From an uncultured Bacilli bacterium (GTDB lineage: Bacteria > Bacillota_I > Bacilli_A > RF39 > UBA660), in contig CAKPEJ010000003.1 in assembly GCA_934149325.1 (NCBI GenBank), forward strand, positions 11,142 to 75,141: a stretch of DNA of 64,000 nucleotides, written 5' to 3'. The notes beneath the pieces were generated by a model. That model was given only the letters and a program-made list of their open reading frames with translations, was not told where the DNA came from and ran no database searches. Made by a program: the position numbers and the translations under genes. This document shows positions 11,180-21,222 of the stretch, in pieces. The number at the start of each line of letters is the position of its first letter. The stretch's first letter is position 1.

Positions 11180-11485
11180 ATGAAAAAAAAGAATAAAAAG
11201 GAAAATACAATAAAATTTATTAACTTTGAAAAGAAATTTGAAATAATAGGTGCTTGTGTACTTATGATGATTTGGGTAATAAGTTTCTTTGCAAAAATAT
11301 CTCTTTCATCAATAAATGTAGAAGTAGAAAGATTAAGTAAAGAAGTTAAAGAACAGAATAAAACAAATCAAAGTTTGGCGATGAAAATTAACGAACTTGC
11401 ATCTTTAGAAAATATTCAATCAGTTGCAAATTCTGAAGGTTTAGCTTATAATAATGGTAATATAATAGTTGTGAACGAGCGATAG
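11180..11485 (+). CDS. ftsL: Cell division protein FtsL-like
   Basis: 101 aa, single TM plus coiled coil, positioned between rsmH and a PBP. Confidence 0.55.
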   Translation: MKKKNKKENTIKFINFEKKFEIIGACVLMMIWVISFFAKISLSSINVEVERLSKEVKEQNKTNQSLAMKINELASLENIQSVANSEGLAYNNGNIIVVNER

Positions 11486-11501
11486 AAGAGGAAGTGCTAA
11501 A

Positions 11502-13643
11502 ATGAAAAAAGAAAAAATAGTGAGTAAAATCCATATAAGTAGATTTGTATTCATATTTGGTCTTTTTTTCTTTTTGGTAATTATTGGAAGATTAATATAT
11601 TTAAATTTATCAGATAATATTGATGGTATTAATCTTCAGGAGTTTGCTAAAAATAGAAATACCACAAAACAAACATTATATGCAACAAGAGGAAGTATTT
11701 ATGATAAAAATGGTGAAACACTTGCTCAAACAATAGATTCTTATACAGTAATAGCGTATTTAGATAAAAGTAGAAGTAAAAATTCAAAAAAACCACTACA
11801 CGTTGTTGATAAAAGAAAAACAGCTCAAAAACTTGCTCCTATATTAAATATGACTGAAGAAAATATATTTAATTTACTTGATCAAAAAGGTTTATACCAA
11901 GTAGAACTTGGACCTGGTGGTAAAGGTCTTACTGAACTTCAAAAAGAACAAATAGAAAAATTAAAATTACCTGGAATAGATTTTATAAGTTCTACAAAAA
12001 GATATTATCCAAATCTTGATTTTGCTTCATATACTTTAGGATATGTAAAAACTAGTGAAGATGGTAAAATGGTTGGAGAAATGGGAATAGAAGCAAAATA
12101 TAACGAAGAGTTAACAGGTACTAACGGTTCTTTAGAATATCAAAAAGATGCTAATGGATATAAGTTAATTAATAGTCCGGAAATAAAAATAGATAAATTA
12201 GATGGTGTTAATATTTATTTGACACTTGATAGTAATATTCAGTTAATGGCAGAAAGAGCATTAAATAAAGCTTTTGAAGATTCAAAGGCAAAAAGTGCAT
12301 TATTAGTAGTAGCAGAAGCAAAAACTGGTAAAATAGTTGCATCTACTTCAAAACCTAGTTTTGACCCTAATATAAAAAATATTCAAAGTTATCTTGATCC
12401 ACTTTTGTCAGTCGCATTTGAACCAGGTTCAACAATGAAAACATATACATATATGACTACTATAGAAAAAGGTAATTACAATGGCGAAGATAAATATATG
12501 TCAGGAACAATGGATCTTAGTGGATATAGAATAAAAGATTGGAATAACTATGGTTGGGGTGAAATAACATATGATTATGGTTATATGCAGTCGTCAAATA
12601 TAGGTGTTGCAAATCTAATGCAAAAGTATATTACAAAAGAAGAATTACTTTCAATGTATAAAAAATTAGGTTTTGGATCAAAAACAGGAATTGAACTTCC
12701 TAATGAAACTACTGGAGAAATTTCATTTAAATATGACATAGAGGTTGCCAATGCATCATTTGGTCAAGGTATAAAAACTACACCAATTCAACATATTAAA
12801 GCTTTAACATCAATTTCAAATGATGGATATTTATTAAATCCTACAATAGTAGATAAAATAGTAGATTCAAATACTGGAGAAATTTTATATCAGTCAAAGA
12901 AACAAAAAGGTACAAAGTTAATAAAGAAAACAACAGTTGATAAATTAAAAGAATTAATGAATTCTGTTGTTAATAATCCAGAAGGTACAGGGGCAGGATA
13001 TCATTTAGATGGATATGATATTATTGGTAAAACAGGAACAGCACAGGTATATAATGAAAAAACTGGATCATATTATCCATCAGCAGTCGCATCTATAAAA
13101 TCTTTTGAAGGAATGTATCCTAAGGATAATCCAAAATACATATTTTATATAGCTGTAGAAAATGCTCAAGGTAATCCAATGCAAGAAACAATAAAATCTT
13201 TAGTTCAAGATATAGAAACATATTATAATTTATCTAATAATGGAACAAGTTCTAATAATATATATAAAATGGATAACTTTATAAATAAAAAAATAGACTT
13301 CGCAAAAGGAAGATTAGATGCTAATTCTATTACTTATGAAGTTATTGGTGATGGTGATAAAATAATAAATCAATATCCAAGTTCTGGTAAATCAGTTAAT
13401 GGTAAAGTAATATTAGTAACTAATAACAATAATAGAGTTATACCAAACATAACAGGATATTCAAGTAAAGAAGTTACAATCTTATGTGATATGTTAAATA
13501 TACCACTAGAAAAAACAGGTAATGGCTATGTTGCTAGTTATAATGTAGAAATGAATGAAGATGGAAGTATATTAAAAGTAAGTGTAATACTTGATCAAAA
13601 ATATAAAGATGTATTAGAGGTAGCTAATGAAAATTCTCAGTGA
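11502..13643 (+). CDS. Class B penicillin-binding protein (FtsI/SpoVD family) with C-terminal PASTA region
   Basis: N-terminal TM, dimerisation domain, STMK, SSN and KTGTA motifs, then a C-terminal PASTA-like extension. Confidence 0.85.
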   Translation: MKKEKIVSKIHISRFVFIFGLFFFLVIIGRLIYLNLSDNIDGINLQEFAKNRNTTKQTLYATRGSIYDKNGETLAQTIDSYTVIAYLDKSRSKNSKKPLHVVDKRKTAQKLAPILNMTEENIFNLLDQKGLYQVELGPGGKGLTELQKEQIEKLKLPGIDFISSTKRYYPNLDFASYTLGYVKTSEDGKMVGEMGIEAKYNEELTGTNGSLEYQKDANGYKLINSPEIKIDKLDGVNIYLTLDSNIQLMAERALNKAFEDSKAKSALLVVAEAKTGKIVASTSKPSFDPNIKNIQSYLDPLLSVAFEPGSTMKTYTYMTTIEKGNYNGEDKYMSGTMDLSGYRIKDWNNYGWGEITYDYGYMQSSNIGVANLMQKYITKEELLSMYKKLGFGSKTGIELPNETTGEISFKYDIEVANASFGQGIKTTPIQHIKALTSISNDGYLLNPTIVDKIVDSNTGEILYQSKKQKGTKLIKKTTVDKLKELMNSVVNNPEGTGAGYHLDGYDIIGKTGTAQVYNEKTGSYYPSAVASIKSFEGMYPKDNPKYIFYIAVENAQGNPMQETIKSLVQDIETYYNLSNNGTSSNNIYKMDNFINKKIDFAKGRLDANSITYEVIGDGDKIINQYPSSGKSVNGKVILVTNNNNRVIPNITGYSSKEVTILCDMLNIPLEKTGNGYVASYNVEMNEDGSILKVSVILDQKYKDVLEVANENSQ

Positions 13644-14118
13644 TAAAAGAAATATTATAATAATTCTTCTTATGTTTTCTATAATAGCTATGTCTATAGG
13701 TTATTTAAATTTATCTTCAGTTATTGGAATAGAAAGTCCAAAAGGAGAAAATCAAAAATTATGGGATATAAAAATAACTGATTTTAAAAAAATAAATTCT
13801 AGTGGTAATGTAAGAGAAGTACTAGAACCATCACATACAAATGAAACAGCAACATTTAATGTTGAATTTTCTGAAAATAAATCATATATTGAGTATATTA
13901 TTAAGATAAAAAATAGTGGAAGTATAGATGCTAAACTAAAAAGTATAGATTCAAGTTTTAAGGAAAATAATATAAATGTTCAAATAACTGATTTATATGT
14001 AGGGAGTACTTTAAAATCAGGCGAAGAAGTAAGCGCTATTGTTAAAGTTAGTTATGATAAATATGAAGAAGTAAAAAAGTGTATTGGAACAATAATTTTT
14101 AATTATGTACAAGCATAA
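13627..14118 (+). CDS. Secreted protein with SipW-cognate-like signal peptide (TasA/camelysin-like, divergent)
   Basis: N-terminal IIAMSIGYLNLSS hydrophobic segment similar to the two downstream paralogues. Confidence 0.4.
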   Translation: MKILSDKRNIIIILLMFSIIAMSIGYLNLSSVIGIESPKGENQKLWDIKITDFKKINSSGNVREVLEPSHTNETATFNVEFSENKSYIEYIIKIKNSGSIDAKLKSIDSSFKENNINVQITDLYVGSTLKSGEEVSAIVKVSYDKYEEVKKCIGTIIFNYVQA

Positions 14119-14127
14119 TGTAAAAAA

Positions 14128-14156
14128 ATGTATACTTTTAATGAATATAGTGACAA
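14128..14156 (+). promoter_or_regulatory. Promoter GTGACA-N17-TATAAT for the 14208 gene
   Basis: gtgacaataaaaaaaagctatgctataat. Confidence 0.5.
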
Positions 14157-14207
14157 TAAAAAAAAGCTATGCTATAATTAATTTATAAAATAAGGAGGAA
14201 ACAAGAA

Positions 14208-14714
14208 ATGAAAGACAAAAAAAATATATTAATAGGAGCATTACTATTTGCTGTAGTAGCTATGTCAGTAGGTTATGCAGCATTTGCAACAACTTTAAAT
14301 ATTAATGGTACTGCAACAATCGCAGGTGAATGGGATGTTGAAATTACAGGTATAACATCAGCATTTACAGGAAGTGCTGAAGATAAAACAGCACCAACGT
14401 TTACAGCAACAACTGCAACATTTGACGCAAAATTAATTGCGCCTGGTGATACAGCAACTTATACTGTAACTGTAGAAAATAAAGGAAGTATTGATGCATC
14501 TTTAGATTCAATTACTTTAACACCACAAGCTGATGGTTCAGATGCAATTATTTATACTGTTAAATCTCAACCAAATAAAAGTGATGTTTTAGCTGCTGGT
14601 GATACTACAACTGTGGTTATTGAAGCAAAATATGACCCAACAGTAACAACTGTTCCTGAAGTAAAAACAAAAACATTTACTGGCGTTCTTGAATATGTAC
14701 AAGCAAAAAAATAA
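14208..14714 (+). CDS. TasA/camelysin-like secreted protein with SipW-cognate-type signal peptide
   Basis: AMSVGYAAFATTLNINGTATIAG matches the TasA-type pattern (A-x-F ... N-x-x-G-T-x-x-I). It has its own promoter and terminator, as expected for a major subunit. Confidence 0.5.
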   Translation: MKDKKNILIGALLFAVVAMSVGYAAFATTLNINGTATIAGEWDVEITGITSAFTGSAEDKTAPTFTATTATFDAKLIAPGDTATYTVTVENKGSIDASLDSITLTPQADGSDAIIYTVKSQPNKSDVLAAGDTTTVVIEAKYDPTVTTVPEVKTKTFTGVLEYVQAKK

Positions 14715-14715
14715 A

Positions 14716-14752
14716 TCAAAAGTGAAGTGATGTTAATCACTCCTTTTTTTTA
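14716..14752 (+). terminator. Rho-independent terminator
   Basis: agtgatgttaatcact stem followed by T8. Confidence 0.6.
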
Positions 14753-14763
14753 GGAGGGGTATT

Positions 14764-15909
14764 TTGAATAGATTAAAAGTTAGAAGATTAAAAAATAAAT
14801 TTTCAAATAATAAAATTAAAATAATCCTTATTGTTTTGACAATATTTGTGTTTATGTTGGGGTCAGCATATGCTCTTTTAAATCAAAATTTTAAAATATC
14901 TGGAACAACTACTATTGGTGATGAAAGTATAAAATGTGATATAAATGTAGTTGGTTCTCTTTCAGTCGCATCTACATGGGCAGATAATGAAATAATTGAT
15001 TTAACAATTACTAATAATACAGGGGAAACTATAAATGGGTTTATTATAAAAATGAAGGTTCCTCTTGATACTAAAATAAAAGCTTATGATGGTTTTGAAT
15101 CAAATGGAGAAGAATATATAACTCCAAATGCAGATGGTATAGTAACGTTAGAAACATTAGAAGTAAGTGGAATGGAATGGTTTTATATGTTTCAACCAGG
15201 AGATAAAAAAATACAACTACATTTAACAATTCCAGGTATAACAACGGGTAATCCAATACTTCCTGAATGGATTACATTTAATGGTTGTAAAGTATATGGT
15301 TCTGGAACTATTACGCCTGATCCAGATGTTCCTTTGACAGGTCTTGAAATAAGTCCTAAAGAATATACAATGACAGTAGGTGAAACAGCACCATTAAATG
15401 TTATAAAAACTCCAAGTAATGCTGATGCAGATATTAAATGGTCAAGTAGTGATAATTCAGTTGTATCTGTTTCATCTTCTGGGCAAATAACTGCTTTAAA
15501 AGAAGGAACAGCTATAATTACAGCAAAAAGTGGTAATATATCAGCTACATCAACAATAACTGTAAATGCAAATATTAATCCACCAACTACTGATGGTGTT
15601 GAATTTGTATATTCTATGCCTAATACTTGGGGAGACGTAAATAATGGATATTCTGCTGATTTTACAATAAAAATAACAAATAATACCGATAATAATATTA
15701 ATTCAATAAAATTTACGTTAGGTATGCCAAGTGGTATGAAATATACAATATGGACTGGTAATACTAGCATAGATGGTAATGACTTTACTTATTCTTATAC
15801 GTTAAATAAAGGAGAATCAGTTACAATTTATGGACAATTTAAAATGCCAGCAGGATATGAAATTAATGATTATAAAAATCCAAATATAACAAATATAATA
15901 GTAAATTAA
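14764..15909 (+). CDS. SipW-cognate signal peptide protein with Big_2 (bacterial Ig-like) domain
   Basis: GSAYALLNQNFKISGTTTIG is close to the TasA consensus NNTFAAGTLDL. Big_2-like segment: ISPKEYTMTVGETAPLNVIKTPSNADADIKWSSSDNSVVSVSSSGQITALKEGTAIITA. Confidence 0.5.
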   Translation: MNRLKVRRLKNKFSNNKIKIILIVLTIFVFMLGSAYALLNQNFKISGTTTIGDESIKCDINVVGSLSVASTWADNEIIDLTITNNTGETINGFIIKMKVPLDTKIKAYDGFESNGEEYITPNADGIVTLETLEVSGMEWFYMFQPGDKKIQLHLTIPGITTGNPILPEWITFNGCKVYGSGTITPDPDVPLTGLEISPKEYTMTVGETAPLNVIKTPSNADADIKWSSSDNSVVSVSSSGQITALKEGTAIITAKSGNISATSTITVNANINPPTTDGVEFVYSMPNTWGDVNNGYSADFTIKITNNTDNNINSIKFTLGMPSGMKYTIWTGNTSIDGNDFTYSYTLNKGESVTIYGQFKMPAGYEINDYKNPNITNIIVN

Positions 15910-15918
15910 GGAGTAAAT

Positions 15919-17091
15919 ATGAAAAGGGTTAAATTTAATATATTTCATTTAGTTATATTACTATATTTAATATTTTCTATTTTTATAAATAAATTAATAG
16001 ATTTAAAAACATATAATTTGATTATAAATCCAATTTTCTGGTTAATTATTTCTATTTCAATTTATATAAGAACAGGAAATAATCATGGAAGATTTTCAAA
16101 ATTAAATGAAAACGAAAAAACAATTTTAATAACAACTTTATTTTACCTAATAATAAACTTTATGAGTGGACTTATTTTTGGTTATACAAGTAATCCATAT
16201 TCAAATAAAGTAATTCCATTTTTAACAAACTTTTGGCAAATAGTAATAGTTATAATGGGAATAGAATATACAAGAAGTTATGTAATTAATGAAAATAAAA
16301 ATAATAAACTTTTTGTTATTCTATTTACTATTATATTTATCTTATTAGAAATAAATTTTTCTAAACTATTTTCTAGTATAAATGATAGAGAAGAATTATT
16401 TAAATATGTATCATCAACTTTGTTACCTCTTGTTTTTGGTAATATACTTTATACATATTTAACTATAAAAGGGTCTTATAAACTTGTATATATTTATAGA
16501 GTTATAGTGGAAGTAACATTTTTAATAGTTCCAATATTACCAAATTTTGATTGGTTTATGATTGGTATTAGAGGTATAATTGTTCCTGCTATTATTTATT
16601 TAGTATTAAAATATACATCAAATTATAAAGCTGTTAGAGCTAGATCTAATGGTAGAAAAAAACAAAATCCACTTATATATGTTCCAGTATTTTCTATAAT
16701 CTTGATTTTTGTATTATTTATGGCTGGAATATTCATTTATGAACCTATAGCGGTATTATCTAATAGTATGAATCCTGTTTTTTATAGGGGAGATGTGGTA
16801 ATATATCGTAAAGTTGACAATAATAAATTGAAAAATATTAAAAAGTATAATATAATTATTTATAGTAAGGATGGACAGGCTGTTGTTCATAGAGTAGTAG
16901 ACAAATATATAAAAGATGGTGAAACATATTTTATAACTAAGGGTGACGCTAATATATCTAATGATTTAAATCCTGTAAGTGAAAGTCAGGTAATAGGGGT
17001 ATATCAGTTATCTATTAAATACATTGGTTATCCATCTGTTTGGTTAAATCAAATATTTAATTATGAAAAACCTAATGTAGAAATAAAGTAA
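15919..17091 (+). CDS. sipW: SipW-type (ER/archaeal-type) signal peptidase I domain fused to an N-terminal ~270-aa polytopic membrane domain
   Basis: C-terminal region has AVLSNSMNPVFYRGDVVIY (SxSMxP Ser box), VVHRVV (His box) and FITKGDANISND (box E). The N-terminal ~270 aa form multiple TM helices of unknown function. Confidence 0.7.
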   Translation: MKRVKFNIFHLVILLYLIFSIFINKLIDLKTYNLIINPIFWLIISISIYIRTGNNHGRFSKLNENEKTILITTLFYLIINFMSGLIFGYTSNPYSNKVIPFLTNFWQIVIVIMGIEYTRSYVINENKNNKLFVILFTIIFILLEINFSKLFSSINDREELFKYVSSTLLPLVFGNILYTYLTIKGSYKLVYIYRVIVEVTFLIVPILPNFDWFMIGIRGIIVPAIIYLVLKYTSNYKAVRARSNGRKKQNPLIYVPVFSIILIFVLFMAGIFIYEPIAVLSNSMNPVFYRGDVVIYRKVDNNKLKNIKKYNIIIYSKDGQAVVHRVVDKYIKDGETYFITKGDANISNDLNPVSESQVIGVYQLSIKYIGYPSVWLNQIFNYEKPNVEIK

Positions 17092-17102
17092 AGGTGATAT
17101 GA

Positions 17103-18158
17103 GTGAGTAAGCAAAGTAGTGCAAAAAAAAGACTTATATTGAAAACTTGGGTTAGAGTAGTATTATTTATTACTCTAAGTTTTTTGCTTGCTTTATCAAT
17201 TTTTGTCGTATATAAAGGAAAAAATCCATCAAAAGATAATATTGATTCATATAATTATAGAACAAATTCAAATATAGATTATAAAGTTTATTTATTTGAA
17301 AATAATTTCTATGAAGAAAAATATTTGGGAATGAATAAGCAATATACAAGTGCACTTATAGATTATGTAGATATAGATTTTGATTATTTATTTAATGGTT
17401 CTGGAAAAGCAAATATAAATTATACATATGATATAACCGCAACTATAATTGGTGAATATGAAAATACAAGTAATGGTAAAGATGAAATATGGAAAAAGAA
17501 ATATACATTACTTGAAAAACAAAATAAAAATGTTTTAGATACAACTTCATTTGATATTCATCAAAATGTAAAAATTAAATATGGTACATATAATAATATA
17601 GTTAATGATTTTAAAACAAGATTTAAACTTGCGATAGATGCATATTTAAATGTAAAATTAACAGTAAAATATGATAGTAATATAATTAATACAAAATCAG
17701 ATGTAAAAGATACAGATGTACTTGAAATAAATATACCACTTAATTCTAGTACTATAAAAATTACGCCTAATTATACAAAAGCAACTAGTAAAAAGTTATC
17801 AAAAGATGATACTATAATTGAAGATCCTGTAACTATTAGAACAGGATATACTATGCTTACAATTACAATAATAATGTTTGTGTTGTTAATTCCAAAATTA
17901 TTTACTTCACATAAAAGTTATTATTTAAAACAACTAAATAAAATAATGAAAAATTATAGTGAAATAATAGTTGAAGTAACAACACCACTTAATTTTGATA
18001 ATTTAATTACTTTGGATATTAAAACATTTGATGATATGGTTGATATAGAAGAAGAGATTAAGTCACCAATATTATATTATGAAATAGAAGAAAATAAAGA
18101 ATCTTGGTTTATAATTGTTACTGAAAAATATATGTATAGATATATATTAAAGAAATAA
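17103..18158 (+). CDS. Hypothetical bitopic membrane protein
   Basis: TM at residues ~20-40 and ~245-265; no recognisable motifs; sits in the same gene string as sipW. Confidence 0.3.
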   Translation: MSKQSSAKKRLILKTWVRVVLFITLSFLLALSIFVVYKGKNPSKDNIDSYNYRTNSNIDYKVYLFENNFYEEKYLGMNKQYTSALIDYVDIDFDYLFNGSGKANINYTYDITATIIGEYENTSNGKDEIWKKKYTLLEKQNKNVLDTTSFDIHQNVKIKYGTYNNIVNDFKTRFKLAIDAYLNVKLTVKYDSNIINTKSDVKDTDVLEINIPLNSSTIKITPNYTKATSKKLSKDDTIIEDPVTIRTGYTMLTITIIMFVLLIPKLFTSHKSYYLKQLNKIMKNYSEIIVEVTTPLNFDNLITLDIKTFDDMVDIEEEIKSPILYYEIEENKESWFIIVTEKYMYRYILKK

Positions 18159-18258
18159 GAAATTATTTCTTTTTTTTGTAAATTTACTATCAAGTGTAAA
18201 TTTACTTTAATAATTATATATGCTATAATTAAACTCGCACAAAGAGGGTGTTAGGATT

Positions 18259-18753
18259 GTGTGTTATTTAGATGGAGAATATAATCAAATTGTTTATGAT
18301 ATACTTAATAACGAAGAATTTAAAAAATTAAAAAATATTGAACATCATGGTATGACTAGATATGATCATTCACTTAGAGTTTCATATTATTCATATGTTC
18401 TTGCTAAAAAGATAGGTCTTGATTATGTATTAGTTTCAAGAGCAGGATTGCTTCATGATTTCTTTTTTAGTGAAGATGATAGAACAAAAAAAGATAGATT
18501 AGTATCAACATTTGTTCATCCTAAATTTGCGGTTGAAAATTCACTAAAATACTTTTCAATAACAGAAAAAGAAAAAAATATAATAGAATCTCATATGTTT
18601 CCTTTATATAAGACTTTACCTAAATATAGTGAAAGTTGGCTTGTTAGTATAGTTGATAAAGTAGTAGCGACATATGAATTTAGTCAAAAATTTAAATTTA
18701 AACTTGATTATGCAACTAATTTAATGATTTTGTTTATTATAAGCAAACTTTAA
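18259..18753 (+). CDS. HD-domain phosphohydrolase
   Basis: HHGMTRYDHSLRVSYYSY...LLHDFF HD motif. Confidence 0.65.
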   Translation: MCYLDGEYNQIVYDILNNEEFKKLKNIEHHGMTRYDHSLRVSYYSYVLAKKIGLDYVLVSRAGLLHDFFFSEDDRTKKDRLVSTFVHPKFAVENSLKYFSITEKEKNIIESHMFPLYKTLPKYSESWLVSIVDKVVATYEFSQKFKFKLDYATNLMILFIISKL

Positions 18754-18764
18754 ATTAGTTTTTT

Positions 18765-18812
18765 TATTTATCAAATATAGGACACCAATACCAAAAGCTG
18801 TTGTTGCTAACT
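18765..18812 (+). other. Putative attL-type site of a large serine recombinase (inverted relative to attR)
   Basis: In gene orientation: B arm ...GCAACAACAGC, core TTTTGG, P' arm TATTGGTGTCCTATATTTGATA. The P' arm is the inverted counterpart of the P arm at 29776-29792. Confidence 0.6.
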
Positions 18813-20007
18813 CAACTGGTCCAACTTTATCTAAATCAAATAAAATACCTGTTGCTTCACCATTTAAATCTATTCCAGTTTTTTTACCAAATCCAAATTT
18901 ATTTATATAACTAAATAATTTTTCTTTTCCAAGTCTTTGACCTAATGCAACAAATCCAGGGTTACATGAATTTTCAACAACTTGAAGAAAAGTTTGAGAT
19001 CCATGACCACCACTTTTCCAACATTTTATTTTTGCATTCGCAACTCTTACACTACCACCATCATAAAAATGTTCTTCAGTTAAATTAACAAGATTTTCTT
19101 CTAAAGATGATGCAAGAGTAATTATTTTGAATGTTGATCCTGGTTCATAATTCATCCAAATAGGTAAATTCCTATTAATTTCTTCTAATGAGTATTTTTG
19201 ATAATTCGCAGGATCAAAATTAGGTCTTGAACTCATCGCTAGTATTTCACCAGAGTTAGGATCCATCGCAATCGCAAGTGCATGTTCAGGATTATATTTA
19301 GTAACTACATTATCAAGTTCTCTTTCAACAGATAATTGTATATCATTATTTATTGTTAACTCTATATTAATTCCATCAGCTGGTTCTTCATATATTTCAT
19401 TTAGTTTTAATTTATTACCCTTAGCGTCTGAAAAATATTTTATAGATCCATAAGCACCTGTCAAATATTTATTATATTGTAATTCAAGTCCTGATAATCC
19501 TTGATTGTCTATTCCTACATATCCTAAAACATGTGATAGGTTTTTGTCATAAACATAATTTCTTTTTGATTCTTTTACTAAATAAACTCCATCTATTTTT
19601 AAAGCATTTATCTTATCTGCAACTTCAAAAGGTAATCTTCTTCCTTCTGGATGTACTCTTTCTATAGATGTCTTTTTATTTACGTGTTTACTCATTTCTT
19701 CTTCATCAATATTTAATATTTCAGCAAGTTTCTTTGTTGCAGTTTTTTTATCCTTTATTTGATTTGGTATTAAAACTAAACTTGTAGTTGTAACATTATT
19801 CGCAAGAACAGTTAAATTTCTGTCGTAAATAATACCTCTATTTCCTTCAATAGGTAAGTTTCTACTCCATAAATCATTTGAGAGAGTTGTAAGTTTTTTA
19901 TATTCAATTACTTGTATATATAAAACTTTTAATAATACTATTACAAACAACATAATTACTATTACAAAAAATAATCTAATTTTTAAATGAATATCTTTAA
20001 CAAACAC
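18786..20007 (-). pseudogene. Class B PBP (PBP2/SpoVD-like), 5' segment of a gene split by an 11-kb invertible segment
   Basis: N-terminal TM, dimerisation domain, STFK and SCN motifs. The homology ends at ...ELATTAFG and then runs into unrelated codons (IGVLYLINKK*). The missing KTG-containing remainder lies at 29782-30489 on the other strand. Confidence 0.8.
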
Positions 20008-20116
20008 ATGTCCACCTCTAATAAAATATATGTAATTATAATTCTGATATGAAAATAAAAAAATCTTTACTTGAAGGCGTTTTTATGTATAATAATATGT
20101 TAGGTGAGGATTATAT

Positions 20117-21115
20117 ATGAAAATAGAAATGATGGAATACTTATCAAATAAAATAAGTGATGTTAATATACAAAAAAAGGTTATAGAAGTTTTAGATGGA
20201 ATGAATTTTTTAGAAACAAAAGAAATTGTTAATGCATTAGAAGAATGTGATTTTAATGAATATGCGATTGATTTAGTTATTAATGAAAATGTATTAAAAA
20301 CAAGAACAGTAGAAGAACAAATAAGATTAATAGAAGTTTTAAAAGACAGTAATTATAACTATAATGTATATAATATATATAATATAATAACAAATCCTTA
20401 TGTATTAAAAAATAGAACAGTAGAAGATCAAATAAGATTAATAGAAGTTTTAAAAGAAAATGATTATAATGAAGATGTTTATGAAATAATAACAAATCCT
20501 TATGTATTAAAAAATAGAACAGTAGAAGATCAAATAAGATTAATAGAAGTTTTAAAGAATAGCGATTATAACTATGATGTTTATGAAATAATAGTAGATT
20601 TACAATTATTAAAAAATAGAACGATAGAAGAACAAATAAAACTAATTGAAGTATTAAAAGAATGTGATTTTGAAGATAGAGTATGGAGAGTAGCAGTATC
20701 TTCAAATGTATTAGAAAATAGAACGATAGAAGAACAAATAAAACTAATTGAAGTATTAAAAGAATGTGATTTTGAAGATAGAGTATGGAGAGTAGCAGTA
20801 TCTTCAAATGTATTAGAAAATAGAACGATAGAAGACCAAATAAAACTAATAGAAGTTTTAAAGAATAGTGATTATAATAAGAATGTTTATGAAATAATAA
20901 TAGATTCAGAAATTTTAAAAAACAGAACAATGGAAGAACAAATAAAGATGATTGAGTTATTGAAAATACAAAAGGTATATCATGATGAAAATATTAATAA
21001 TATATTACCATTAAAAGATTTTAAAAGTGATTTAAAAGAATTAAAGAGTAAAATGGGAGAAGATGTTGATATAAAAAGTGATACAATGGTAAAAGTGTAT
21101 AATCCAAAAGAGTAA
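20117..21115 (+). CDS. Tandem-repeat protein (~40-aa repeats NRT[IV]E[ED]QI[RK]LIEVLK...)
   Basis: Seven or eight repeats. Two adjacent 60-nt-periodic blocks (20641-20760 region) are identical at the nucleotide level. Confidence 0.4.
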   Translation: MKIEMMEYLSNKISDVNIQKKVIEVLDGMNFLETKEIVNALEECDFNEYAIDLVINENVLKTRTVEEQIRLIEVLKDSNYNYNVYNIYNIITNPYVLKNRTVEDQIRLIEVLKENDYNEDVYEIITNPYVLKNRTVEDQIRLIEVLKNSDYNYDVYEIIVDLQLLKNRTIEEQIKLIEVLKECDFEDRVWRVAVSSNVLENRTIEEQIKLIEVLKECDFEDRVWRVAVSSNVLENRTIEDQIKLIEVLKNSDYNKNVYEIIIDSEILKNRTMEEQIKMIELLKIQKVYHDENINNILPLKDFKSDLKELKSKMGEDVDIKSDTMVKVYNPKE

Positions 21116-21222
21116 GCAATTAACTTACTTTTTTTACATTAAAATTAACATTTTTTGTTATTCTATTTACATTTTTACTTATTTTGTTATATAATAATTT
21201 AGTCGAAAGAGGAGTGAATAAA

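Noticed and set aside
13627-14714. The small secreted proteins next to a region with a prepilin peptidase elsewhere in the window could be type IV pilins
   Set aside because: They have no G-F/M-T-L-I/L-E class III signal motif. The N-termini instead fit the TasA/SipW-cognate pattern, and a SipW-type peptidase is adjacent.
20280-20930. 216-aa minus-strand ORF
   Set aside because: It is antisense to the tandem-repeat protein gene. The periodic ORF is created by the repeat structure and has low-complexity Leu/Phe-rich translation.
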